From contig JBILLK010000026.1 in assembly GCA_044376115.1 (NCBI GenBank), positions 82,461 to 146,460 on the forward strand: a DNA stretch of 64,000 nucleotides. The letters are read 5' to 3'. This stretch comes from Polyangiaceae bacterium. Lineage in GTDB: Bacteria; Myxococcota_A; Polyangia; Polyangiales; Polyangiaceae. The translations under genes and the position numbers were made by a program. Shown here piece by piece: positions 1 through 7,700 of this stretch (the stretch's first letter is position 1; the number at the start of each line of letters is the position of its first letter). The notes under the pieces were generated by a model. The model was not told the DNA's origin. It searched no databases and was given only the letters and a program-made list of their open reading frames with translations.

Positions 1-1119
1 AGCGGCGGCGGAGGGGCGAGCCAGGGCGGTGCTGGCGGAAGCGAGATCGGCGGCGGCGGTGCTGGCGGAGGAGCGCTCCGCTTGGGAGCGAGCTGCGATG
101 ACCCAGCTCAGTGCGCGTCTGGCGCTTGCGCCGACGGGGTGTGTTGCGATGCAGCGTGCGACTCGGGATGCGACGCGTGCACGCCGGATCTCACCGGTGC
201 GCCCGCGGGCAGCTGCGCGCCGATGCTATCGGGCGCGCTGTGTCGCGCCGCGAACGACGTGTGCGACGTCGAGGAGACGTGTGACGGGAGCTCGGTGGAT
301 TGCCCGGCCGATGCGGTCGCGTTGGCCGGCACCTCGTGTCGCGCCGGTGCGGACCTTTGCGACCTCGAAGAGTACTGCGACGGGCTGGTCACGAGCTGCC
401 CACTCGATGCGAAAGAACCAACCACCACCGTCTGCCGGTCTGCAGCGGGGCCGTGCGACCTCGAGGAGTATTGCTCGGGCGGCGACGCCTGCGCTCCGGA
501 CGAGCTCGCGGCCATTGGCACACCGTCTACCTGCAGCCCGTATCTATGCACCGGTGCGGACGTCGACTGCCCATCGACCTGCAACAGCGATGCGAGTTGC
601 GCCAGCGGCCTGCTGTGCGTCGATAGCGCATGCCAGGCCGTGAAGCGCGTGTTCGTCACCAGCAGCGAGCACACCGGAAACCTCGGCGGGCAGGCTGGGG
701 GCGACGGCATCTGTCAGACCCGCGCACAAGCCGCCGGCCTACCGGGCAGCTACAAAGCGTGGCTGACCGGCAGCCTCGGGACGCCGCTCACCACGTTCAC
801 TCAGTTCCAGGGCCCGTACGTTCGTATCGATGGTGTGAAGGTCGCCGACAACTTCGCCGACCTCACCGACGTCACCATCGATGCGCCAATCACGGTTACC
901 GATACCGGCGCGAGCCTCGCCGCCATGGGCTTCGTCCCGGTATGGACAGGCACCAACTCACTCGGCAACGCGCAGGGGGCCAACTGCCTCAACTGGACCA
1001 ACGCAACCTCGAGCTTCACGGGCTGGAACGGCAACGCCCTGGTGTCGGCGTTCCAGTGGACGTCCTTGAACGGCAGAGACTGCAATCAGCCTGCGCGCCT
1101 CTACTGCTTCGAGCAGTAG
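1..1119 (+). CDS. Cys-rich surface protein (5' partial): Gly-rich linker, 3 disintegrin-like repeats, C-terminal DUF1554/C-type-lectin-like domain
   Basis: Frame open from base 1 (SGGGGASQGGAGG...); CADGVCCDAACDSGCDAC module; CRxxxxxCDxxExCxG repeats; C-terminal RVFVTS..GNLGG..GDGICQ..A..AGL.GSYKAWL...VWTGT...C..W...LYCFEQ pattern typical of DUF1554-like domains. Confidence 0.8.
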   Translation, partial: SGGGGASQGGAGGSEIGGGGAGGGALRLGASCDDPAQCASGACADGVCCDAACDSGCDACTPDLTGAPAGSCAPMLSGALCRAANDVCDVEETCDGSSVDCPADAVALAGTSCRAGADLCDLEEYCDGLVTSCPLDAKEPTTTVCRSAAGPCDLEEYCSGGDACAPDELAAIGTPSTCSPYLCTGADVDCPSTCNSDASCASGLLCVDSACQAVKRVFVTSSEHTGNLGGQAGGDGICQTRAQAAGLPGSYKAWLTGSLGTPLTTFTQFQGPYVRIDGVKVADNFADLTDVTIDAPITVTDTGASLAAMGFVPVWTGTNSLGNAQGANCLNWTNATSSFTGWNGNALVSAFQWTSLNGRDCNQPARLYCFEQ

Positions 1120-1132
1120 AGGAAATCGAAGC

Positions 1133-2158
1133 TCAAACGCCCTGCGGCTCGCAGGCGCCGGTGGGGATCGTTTGATCGGTGCACGGCAAGCAGGCGAAGC
1201 CATCGGGGCAGTTGGACTGCAGGTCGATCGTGAATGGACTCGTATCCATCATCTCGATCATCACCGACTGTTCCTCGACCTCTGGGATACAGCGCGGCAA
1301 ACAAGCCGCATCGTCAGACGCGGTCTTGGCGATAATCAAGATATCCAGTTCGCACGGCGCACCTTGGAAGAAGCCCTGCGCCGCGACCTGCTCGTAAACG
1401 ATGTCCGGAACGCAAACCGTCCCAGCCTCGCCCAGGCCTTCACACTCCACCTTGTCGAAGCGTTTTGCAGCCTGCTCGCCCACGAGCTCCAGCGGCAAAC
1501 AATGACCGCCCGCCTTGTTCTGACAACACGGCTTGAACACGTTCTCCTCGGCCGCCGTCAGCGGCGGCTCATCACAGGAGAGGCCGCACGCTCCGGTGGG
1601 CTCGCCAGTGAATGGATCATAACAGGGCGTGCAAAGCTCACCGGGCTGACAACCAGCGTCTGGGAGAAAGCCTGCTTGCGCCGCAACCGGCGGCAAACAT
1701 GCGGATAGGCATCGCCCCTCGAAGCCCTTCACCGAAGAGCAATTCACCAGATCAAACTGATTGAACGTGGCAATGAACAGCTCCGGCACGCACTTCTTGC
1801 CGTCGGGGCAATCGGCGAGCAACGACGACTGCTCCTCCGAAATGCCGGCGATGGCCGGGTCCACACAGCGCGAGGGCTGACCACAAACCTCCGACGGACA
1901 TGGCTCGAACAGGTCGACCAGCGCTTGATCCGGGCACTCGCGAACGCAGGTGGTTGCGTCCTCGACGCACGGCCCCGCGCCCCCACCAGCAGCAGCACCG
2001 CTGCCCTCCGCGCCACTTCCGTTCGCCCCTGCAGCGCCGCTACCGCCACCTCCGCTGGGCGCACCACCCGCCGCGTCATCCCCACAACCCCCGAGCCCCA
2101 AGACCAAGGGAGCAACGACGAACCAGCTTCGTTTGACCATCACCACCGATGTTCGCAT
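1133..2158 (-). CDS. Cys-rich lipoprotein with two tandem ~110-aa repeats
   Basis: Lipobox LGLGGC followed by Gly-rich linker; duplicated CxP...CVP...CL.xC.P...CxPC...PTGAC pattern; start estimated at ATG 2158 or 2140. Confidence 0.75.
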   Translation of the reverse strand: MRTSVVMVKRSWFVVAPLVLGLGGCGDDAAGGAPSGGGGSGAAGANGSGAEGSGAAAGGGAGPCVEDATTCVRECPDQALVDLFEPCPSEVCGQPSRCVDPAIAGISEEQSSLLADCPDGKKCVPELFIATFNQFDLVNCSSVKGFEGRCLSACLPPVAAQAGFLPDAGCQPGELCTPCYDPFTGEPTGACGLSCDEPPLTAAEENVFKPCCQNKAGGHCLPLELVGEQAAKRFDKVECEGLGEAGTVCVPDIVYEQVAAQGFFQGAPCELDILIIAKTASDDAACLPRCIPEVEEQSVMIEMMDTSPFTIDLQSNCPDGFACLPCTDQTIPTGACEPQGV

Positions 2159-2290
2159 AGGTCGCACGTCGTGAGGATGGGCGGCCGAACGCGGGACCGC
2201 GGGACGCCTCGGCGCGCCAAGGGACGCGGCGGAGCGGCCTGAGGATGGGCCTTTCTGTCGCATCCCACGATCGGCCTGCGACCTCGGCAG

Positions 2291-5017
2291 TCAGCGCGTG
2301 ACGCGTCCCCGGCGCTTGATACGCCGTGCGCCTGCGAACGCCATCGCTAGCGCAGCGAGATACCCGAAGTCACCGTTGCGGTCGGTGCTCGCCAGGTTGC
2401 ATGTGCACTTCGACTGGTCGCAGCTGTTCTCTCCAGCGCGATTCTCCGAGCACTGCGAGGACACATCGTCGCCGCCGCTGCCGTTGTCACCACCATTGCC
2501 TGCGCCGCCGTTGCTAGCGCCACCGTTGCCGTTGGCGCCGCCGACTCCGTTGCCCCCGCCTTCTCCGCCCGCGCCGGTGGAAGGCAGGCACTCGCCGTTG
2601 TCACACGCCCCTGCACTGCAAGGAGTTCCGTCGGGCTTTGGCGTGTGGGTGCAACCCTCATCCGCATCGCAGCCGTCCTCGGTGCATTCGGCTGCGTCGT
2701 TGCAATCGAGCGGCAATCCGCCTTGGCATTGACCTTGAGCGTCGCAGGTCGTGTTGACCACGCAAAGATCGCCGAGCACGCAGGGTGCACCTTCCGCTAG
2801 CGGAACGTTCACACAGCCGCCGCCTTCACACAGGTCTGCCGTGCAAGCATTCCCGTCCGCGCAGGTCTCGGCGTCCGGTGGGACTTGGCACTCCCCGGCC
2901 TGGCAGGTAGCGCTCGCGCAACCGATCATGCACGCCGAACCGTCCGCTCGCGGCGCCGACACACAGCCGGTGGCCTGGTTGCAGCTCTCGTCGGTGCACG
3001 GGTTTTGGTCGTCGCACAGCACTTGGGAACCGGCGTTACAGTTGAAGTTGTTGCCACACGTGTCCCCAACGGTGCAGGCATTCCCATCACTGCAGGCGTC
3101 GCCTACCGGAACCGGAACCAGCGGGCACTCGAGCGCGATGCCGTCGCATACCTCCTGGTAGAGGCACGCGTCGACGTAGGGCTGACAGACATGGCCGGCC
3201 ACCGTCGGGCCACATACCCCGTCAACAGCTCCTCCGGCTGCAACGCTACAAGCTTGGCAATCGAAAGGATTGCTTTGACCACACGGCGTGTCACAGCAAA
3301 CACCGTCCGCGGAGAACGCACACCCAGTGTCTGCGACGCTATACAAGTAATAGGTGCCTACGTTGGGGGCCGGCGGGTTCGTCGGGGAAGGAACGGTGGG
3401 AAGTAACGCCGTTCCTCCAGAAAGAAGTGATTTGAAGCCAGCCCGTTGAACGGGTGGAGTGAGCAGCTGCTGGTACGCCCAAGCGCTGCCTTGCCGCTCA
3501 TACAAGTAGGCCGCGAATGTCGGGTACTCGAAGTCGCCGAGGTTCACCAGCTGATCGAAGTGTGTGGAGACGAGCAACCGGTCGCCGTCCAAAACTGTTC
3601 GGAGGCCGAACGTACTGGTGTTCCCCGGTCCAAGCGGGTGGGTTAGCTGGACAGAGTCAGCGATCCACGCACTACCCACACGTTGAAAGGTTCGGATGCT
3701 GCCGTTGCAGCCAAGTGCCATTCGTGAGTTGCTTAGAGCGATAGGCGTCTCCTGATAACAGCCAGGGCCAACAACAGTAGAGTCCTCCGTCCAGGTGGAA
3801 CCCTGGCGAGTAAACGTGTGCACACTGCCTTGCATCTGCCCGAATCCGCCGCCTTGCATCACCAGCAGATCCCCTTGGAGAGCTACGTTGCGACCAAACA
3901 CGTCGAGCTGGGGGCGGGTAAGAACTTGCTCGAGGGCCCAGCTACCGCCAGCGTTCCGGCGGTAGACGAAGACAGATTGGTCGTTGACGGCGCTAGCAGC
4001 CACGGTGTCCCCGTCGACGACGAGCGGGTGTCCGAAGAACTGCACACTACTCGGAGGCACCAACTCACCTTGAACTGCCCAGGTGTTATCGGTTCGCTGG
4101 TACACCCGAACGCAGTCGGCGTTGTTGCAAATGCCCGTGAGCGCAATTGTGTCACCACGGATGCGACCAGCGGTCGCCAACTCCAACGTCGTCTCCAGAC
4201 TCCAAACGACGCCGTTGCGCCGAAACACCTTGGTGCCCTGAACGCCGGGAACGATGAAGCGATCGCCGCTGAGGTCCGTTTCGAACGTATTGGGGTCGTT
4301 GACAGTCACCGCAGCCTGCAGGCTCACCAGCATCGGATCGATCACCACTGGGAAGCGTGCAGCTCCGGTCTCCACCGTGATCACAAAGCCCTCTGCCTCC
4401 GCCTCGAGACGCGACACGAGCGATCGCCCGTCTGCATCGGCGGCCAGCAAGGTCCCAAGCCGATAGCCATCCCCACGCGCGCTCAATGCCAGCTCATTCG
4501 TCCCGGCCTGGCGCACCTCAGCACCGCGCACAGCAACGAAGATCTGCGTGCGCTCACAGCCCTTGTCTTCGTTCAAATTGAAGCCCTGCTCCAAGCCCAA
4601 CGGCCCACCGAGCAGCCACTCCTCGACCGCCTGCAACGCGCCCGCGTGGCTTCGCTTCACCTCGTTACCGTCGAGCTCCAAGCCCGCCGCTTTCGTCGGC
4701 TCGAAGCGACCATCGCATGAGATGCCTCGCACCTCCAGCGTCAGATCGCTGGCCTGAGGCCCGACTACATGCGTCGCCGTACGCTCATGCCGTACGCTCG
4801 CAGCAATCGACGGCACCTCCCCAACAAGGTGGTTCGCCTCCTCGCGCAGCGCGTATGCCGGCCCGCCCTGCAACTGAAGCGCCCGCAGCCGCTGCACCTC
4901 CAGCGCACTACCCGCCGCTTCCTGCGGCAGCTCCTCCGGCGGAGCCTCCAGCGCGCCCTCCGTGCAAGCAGCCGAAAGCACGAGCAGACCAATCAACCCC
5001 AACCGAAGTTGTGTCAT
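2291..5017 (-). CDS. FG-GAP-like beta-propeller surface protein with Cys-rich stalk and MYXO-CTERM tail
   Basis: Lipobox VLSAAC; N-domain GPLGLEQGF...DADGR...FPVVIDP; degenerate FG-GAP blades (FGHPLVVDGDT, FGRNVALQGDL, FGLRTVLDGDR); CxDGNxCTxDxC repeats; C-terminus CTC + TM helix + RRIKRR. Confidence 0.85.
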   Translation of the reverse strand: MTQLRLGLIGLLVLSAACTEGALEAPPEELPQEAAGSALEVQRLRALQLQGGPAYALREEANHLVGEVPSIAASVRHERTATHVVGPQASDLTLEVRGISCDGRFEPTKAAGLELDGNEVKRSHAGALQAVEEWLLGGPLGLEQGFNLNEDKGCERTQIFVAVRGAEVRQAGTNELALSARGDGYRLGTLLAADADGRSLVSRLEAEAEGFVITVETGAARFPVVIDPMLVSLQAAVTVNDPNTFETDLSGDRFIVPGVQGTKVFRRNGVVWSLETTLELATAGRIRGDTIALTGICNNADCVRVYQRTDNTWAVQGELVPPSSVQFFGHPLVVDGDTVAASAVNDQSVFVYRRNAGGSWALEQVLTRPQLDVFGRNVALQGDLLVMQGGGFGQMQGSVHTFTRQGSTWTEDSTVVGPGCYQETPIALSNSRMALGCNGSIRTFQRVGSAWIADSVQLTHPLGPGNTSTFGLRTVLDGDRLLVSTHFDQLVNLGDFEYPTFAAYLYERQGSAWAYQQLLTPPVQRAGFKSLLSGGTALLPTVPSPTNPPAPNVGTYYLYSVADTGCAFSADGVCCDTPCGQSNPFDCQACSVAAGGAVDGVCGPTVAGHVCQPYVDACLYQEVCDGIALECPLVPVPVGDACSDGNACTVGDTCGNNFNCNAGSQVLCDDQNPCTDESCNQATGCVSAPRADGSACMIGCASATCQAGECQVPPDAETCADGNACTADLCEGGGCVNVPLAEGAPCVLGDLCVVNTTCDAQGQCQGGLPLDCNDAAECTEDGCDADEGCTHTPKPDGTPCSAGACDNGECLPSTGAGGEGGGNGVGGANGNGGASNGGAGNGGDNGSGGDDVSSQCSENRAGENSCDQSKCTCNLASTDRNGDFGYLAALAMAFAGARRIKRRGRVTR

Positions 5018-5216
5018 GGAGACCTCCCAAGTAGCCGCGAGCCCGCGGACAAAGCTTGAGCTACGTACGCCGGCTCTAAGCGATGCCCCCCGTCGCAAAG
5101 CTGCTCTTGGGTGGCCAGTGCGCTTCCGGCCCTCGTCCTCCCAGGTAGTGGTCGAACGCGCCGGCCATGCTCGCCAGCTCCAACAACTTCACTCACGGGG
5201 CGGTGCAACGCGCTCC

Positions 5217-5480
5217 CTACCGCCCGCTCACCTCCTGCGCCGGCACACAATCTCCCGTGGGGATGACCACCGCGCTCGGGCTATCGCCGATCTTGGGTCC
5301 GGGTCCCGAGTCGTAGCTCCCGGGCATCGAGCCGTCGGCGGGCAAGGAGGCTTGCTGCTCGGGGCAGCGCGGCAGACCTTCGCCCGCTGGGTCTTGCGCC
5401 GGTCGCGCAGACCGTGACATGCATGCCACAAGCGTGACATTGAGCGACAACAGCAAGGCGTAATGGCGGCGCATCAACAT
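5217..5480 (-). CDS. small putative lipoprotein
   Basis: MRRHYALLLSLNVTLVAC lipobox-like signal; short Pro-rich body. Confidence 0.45.
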   Translation of the reverse strand: MLMRRHYALLLSLNVTLVACMSRSARPAQDPAGEGLPRCPEQQASLPADGSMPGSYDSGPGPKIGDSPSAVVIPTGDCVPAQEVSGR

Positions 5481-5501
5481 GATGGCTCCCTTTGAGCAAG
5501 C

Positions 5502-5551
5502 CGCGCGCCGCGACTCCCGCTTCGCGCGCCGCGACTCCCCGCTTCGCGCGC
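5502..5551. repeat. 21/22-bp direct repeat, about 2.3 copies
   Basis: cgcgcgccgcgactcccgctt / cgcgcgccgcgactccccgctt / cgcgcgc between divergent lipoprotein genes. Confidence 0.75.
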
Positions 5552-5598
5552 TCGCAGCGAGCCCCATCTTGCTTCGCCCTTCACGCTACCCTCGCCCC

Positions 5599-6147
5599 AT
5601 GCATCCTTCTCAGCGACCCACCCTGCGCGCTAGCGGCCTCCTCGTCGGTGCGGCCTGGTGCACGCTGCTCATACTGGCCTGCAGCGGGAGCCAACAACCG
5701 AACGGTAGCGAGCCGCAGCCCTCCACGCGGCTCAGCGCCGAGCCGCAGTCGAGTGAGCCGCAGCTGGCGACCAACGAGCCCGTACAACCGAAGACCATCG
5801 GCCCGGAGACGCTCGAGGAGTGTCGCGCGCTGCTGCCCAATTGCACGCGGCTCGAGCTGCGCACCCACTCCATCTGCTACGGCAAAGCACCTCCGGAGAC
5901 GGCGCCACGATCGCGGCGCTCGTGCGCCTGTCACGATTGCGACACCGACGCGGATTGCAGCCCCAAAACGCCGCCTACCAAAGGCTTTGGGCCACCCGTG
6001 AAGCGCACCATCGCCTGCCGCGAGATCTCTTCGACCTGCGGCCCCGGCGGTCGCACCTGCCTGAGCGCTTGCGATGAAGGCCGCTGCGGCAACCGAGAAC
6101 GCTGCGAAGACGGCTTGTGTTGGCCGGTCGAGCAACTCCCGCCGTAA
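5599..6147 (+). CDS. Cys-rich lipoprotein, hypothetical
   Basis: Lipobox LILAC, Pro/Ser linker, Cys-rich C-terminus. Confidence 0.7.
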   Translation: MHPSQRPTLRASGLLVGAAWCTLLILACSGSQQPNGSEPQPSTRLSAEPQSSEPQLATNEPVQPKTIGPETLEECRALLPNCTRLELRTHSICYGKAPPETAPRSRRSCACHDCDTDADCSPKTPPTKGFGPPVKRTIACREISSTCGPGGRTCLSACDEGRCGNRERCEDGLCWPVEQLPP

Positions 6148-6244
6148 ACGCAACCTGTTCGCGGTTGAGCCCGCTGTTGGTGGTCCCGCAAAGCAACCGC
6201 GATCAAGGGTTTCATGAGCCGGGGCTTTGCGCTAAACCTTAAGC

Positions 6245-6895
6245 ATGCGAGCCCACACCCGAGAAACCCAAGCCTCGATGACCCCACAAAAAGCGCTCGA
6301 GTTCCTCCGTGAAGGGAACGCGCGCTTCGTCAACAACTTGCGGGCGCATCGCAACTTGCTCGAGCAAGTGAATGAGACGCGGGATGGGCAATTTCCTTTT
6401 GCCACCATCTTGAGCTGCATCGACAGCCGCACCTCGGCCGAGCTGATCTTCGACCAAGGCTTGGGTGACATCTTCAGCATCCGCATCGCCGGCAACGTCA
6501 TCAACGAGGACATCCTCGGCTCGATGGAGTTTTCCTGCAAAGCCGCTGGCTCGCGGATTCTGTTGGTCCTCGGTCACAGCCAGTGTGGTGCCATCAAAGG
6601 CGCTTGCGACGGCGTGCAGCTCGGCAACTTGTCCACCCTCCTCAACAAGATCCAACCCTCGGTCTACCGCGAACGCTCCGTGACGGAGAACCGCACCTCC
6701 AAGAACGCGGAGTTCGTCGAGAAGGTCGCGCAGCTCCAAGTTCGTCGCTCGGTCGAGCAAGTCGTCGAGCACAGCGTCATACTCCGAGAAATGGTCGAAA
6801 AGGGCGAGATCATCCTGATCGGCGCGCACTACTCGGTCGAGACCGGCGCGGTCGAGTTCCTCGATGACACGATGCTCGGCGCCTCTCCCGCGTGA
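6245..6895 (+). CDS. beta-class carbonic anhydrase
   Basis: Zn ligands CIDSR and HSQC; GNARF and RIAGN motifs. Confidence 0.95.
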   Translation: MRAHTRETQASMTPQKALEFLREGNARFVNNLRAHRNLLEQVNETRDGQFPFATILSCIDSRTSAELIFDQGLGDIFSIRIAGNVINEDILGSMEFSCKAAGSRILLVLGHSQCGAIKGACDGVQLGNLSTLLNKIQPSVYRERSVTENRTSKNAEFVEKVAQLQVRRSVEQVVEHSVILREMVEKGEIILIGAHYSVETGAVEFLDDTMLGASPA

Positions 6896-7483
6896 CTACG
6901 CCGATTGGGCTGGAAGCGCCGAACGAGTGAGCCGCGCGACCAGCCCACCAATGAGCGGCAACTGCCACGCCCTCCCCTTGTGGACCGCAGACGCTGCGAC
7001 CGCCGCCAGGATCGCCCCCAGCACGAACAACAGCGGAACAAGCACGTAGAGCCCCATGCTTACGGCCATCAGCCATTCGCTATCGGCCCGGCGCTGAGCC
7101 GACAACGCCCAACCGATCCGCAGCACCGCAAACAGCAGCGGGAGAACAAAAGCTGCACCGAAGGACATCGCCTGCAACGCCGCCGCCTGGGCCGCCGCAT
7201 GCCGAACAAACGGCGCCTTCGCGCTCAGATAAACGAAGCCAGGACCGACGACCGGAATCAAAAAGAACGCGAGATGCGCCAGCACCGCCGTCGACCGGTC
7301 TCCATCGCTAGGCCCAGCCGGCCAAGGCTGCTGCGGCCAGGCCTGCTGACCGGCGGTCCCGGCGGCGGGATGTGGATGTGGCCAGGCCTGCTGACCGGCG
7401 GTCCCGGCGGCGGGATGTGGATGTGGCCAGGCCTGCTGACCGGCGGCGGGATGCGGACGAGGTGGAGCTTGATTGGGTTGCAT
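6896..7483 (-). CDS. DUF4870-like membrane protein with Pro/Gln-rich N-terminus
   Basis: DRSTAVLAHL...PFVRHAAAQA...GRAWQLPL, three TM helices; start estimated at MQPNQ. Confidence 0.75.
   Translation of the reverse strand: MQPNQAPPRPHPAAGQQAWPHPHPAAGTAGQQAWPHPHPAAGTAGQQAWPQQPWPAGPSDGDRSTAVLAHLAFFLIPVVGPGFVYLSAKAPFVRHAAAQAAALQAMSFGAAFVLPLLFAVLRIGWALSAQRRADSEWLMAVSMGLYVLVPLLFVLGAILAAVAASAVHKGRAWQLPLIGGLVARLTRSALPAQSA
7335..7446. repeat. 45-bp perfect tandem repeat, 2 copies plus a partial third (GQQAWPHPHPAAGTA)
   Basis: 7335-7379 identical to 7380-7424; partial copy 7425-7446. Confidence 0.9.
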
Positions 7484-7700
7484 GCTTGGATATCGGCCGC
7501 CCGAGCGAAACGTGGACACGAAACCGTACGCCCCGGTGCACGAGCCGCTCGGTTTACCTGCGCCACCCGTCACAACCGGCGCTCGATGCGACATTAGGCG
7601 CCGCGATGGTTTATCGCACGCCCCAATGTCACATCCACGTCTCTCTCTATTCTCTCTCGCCTCTATCCACCACGTAAGCGAGGCGGGGCCGAGCGTCCCG

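Noticed and set aside
640..1119. C-type-lectin-fold domains (here and the FGE-fold gene at 52799-53791) as diversity-generating retroelement targets
   Set aside because: No reverse transcriptase and no template/variable repeat pair differing at adenines was visible in the window; a remote DGR cannot be excluded.
5076..5216. In-frame continuation after the small lipoprotein stop (possible pseudogene)
   Set aside because: Needs two stops to be read through and gives a short peptide with no recognisable homology.
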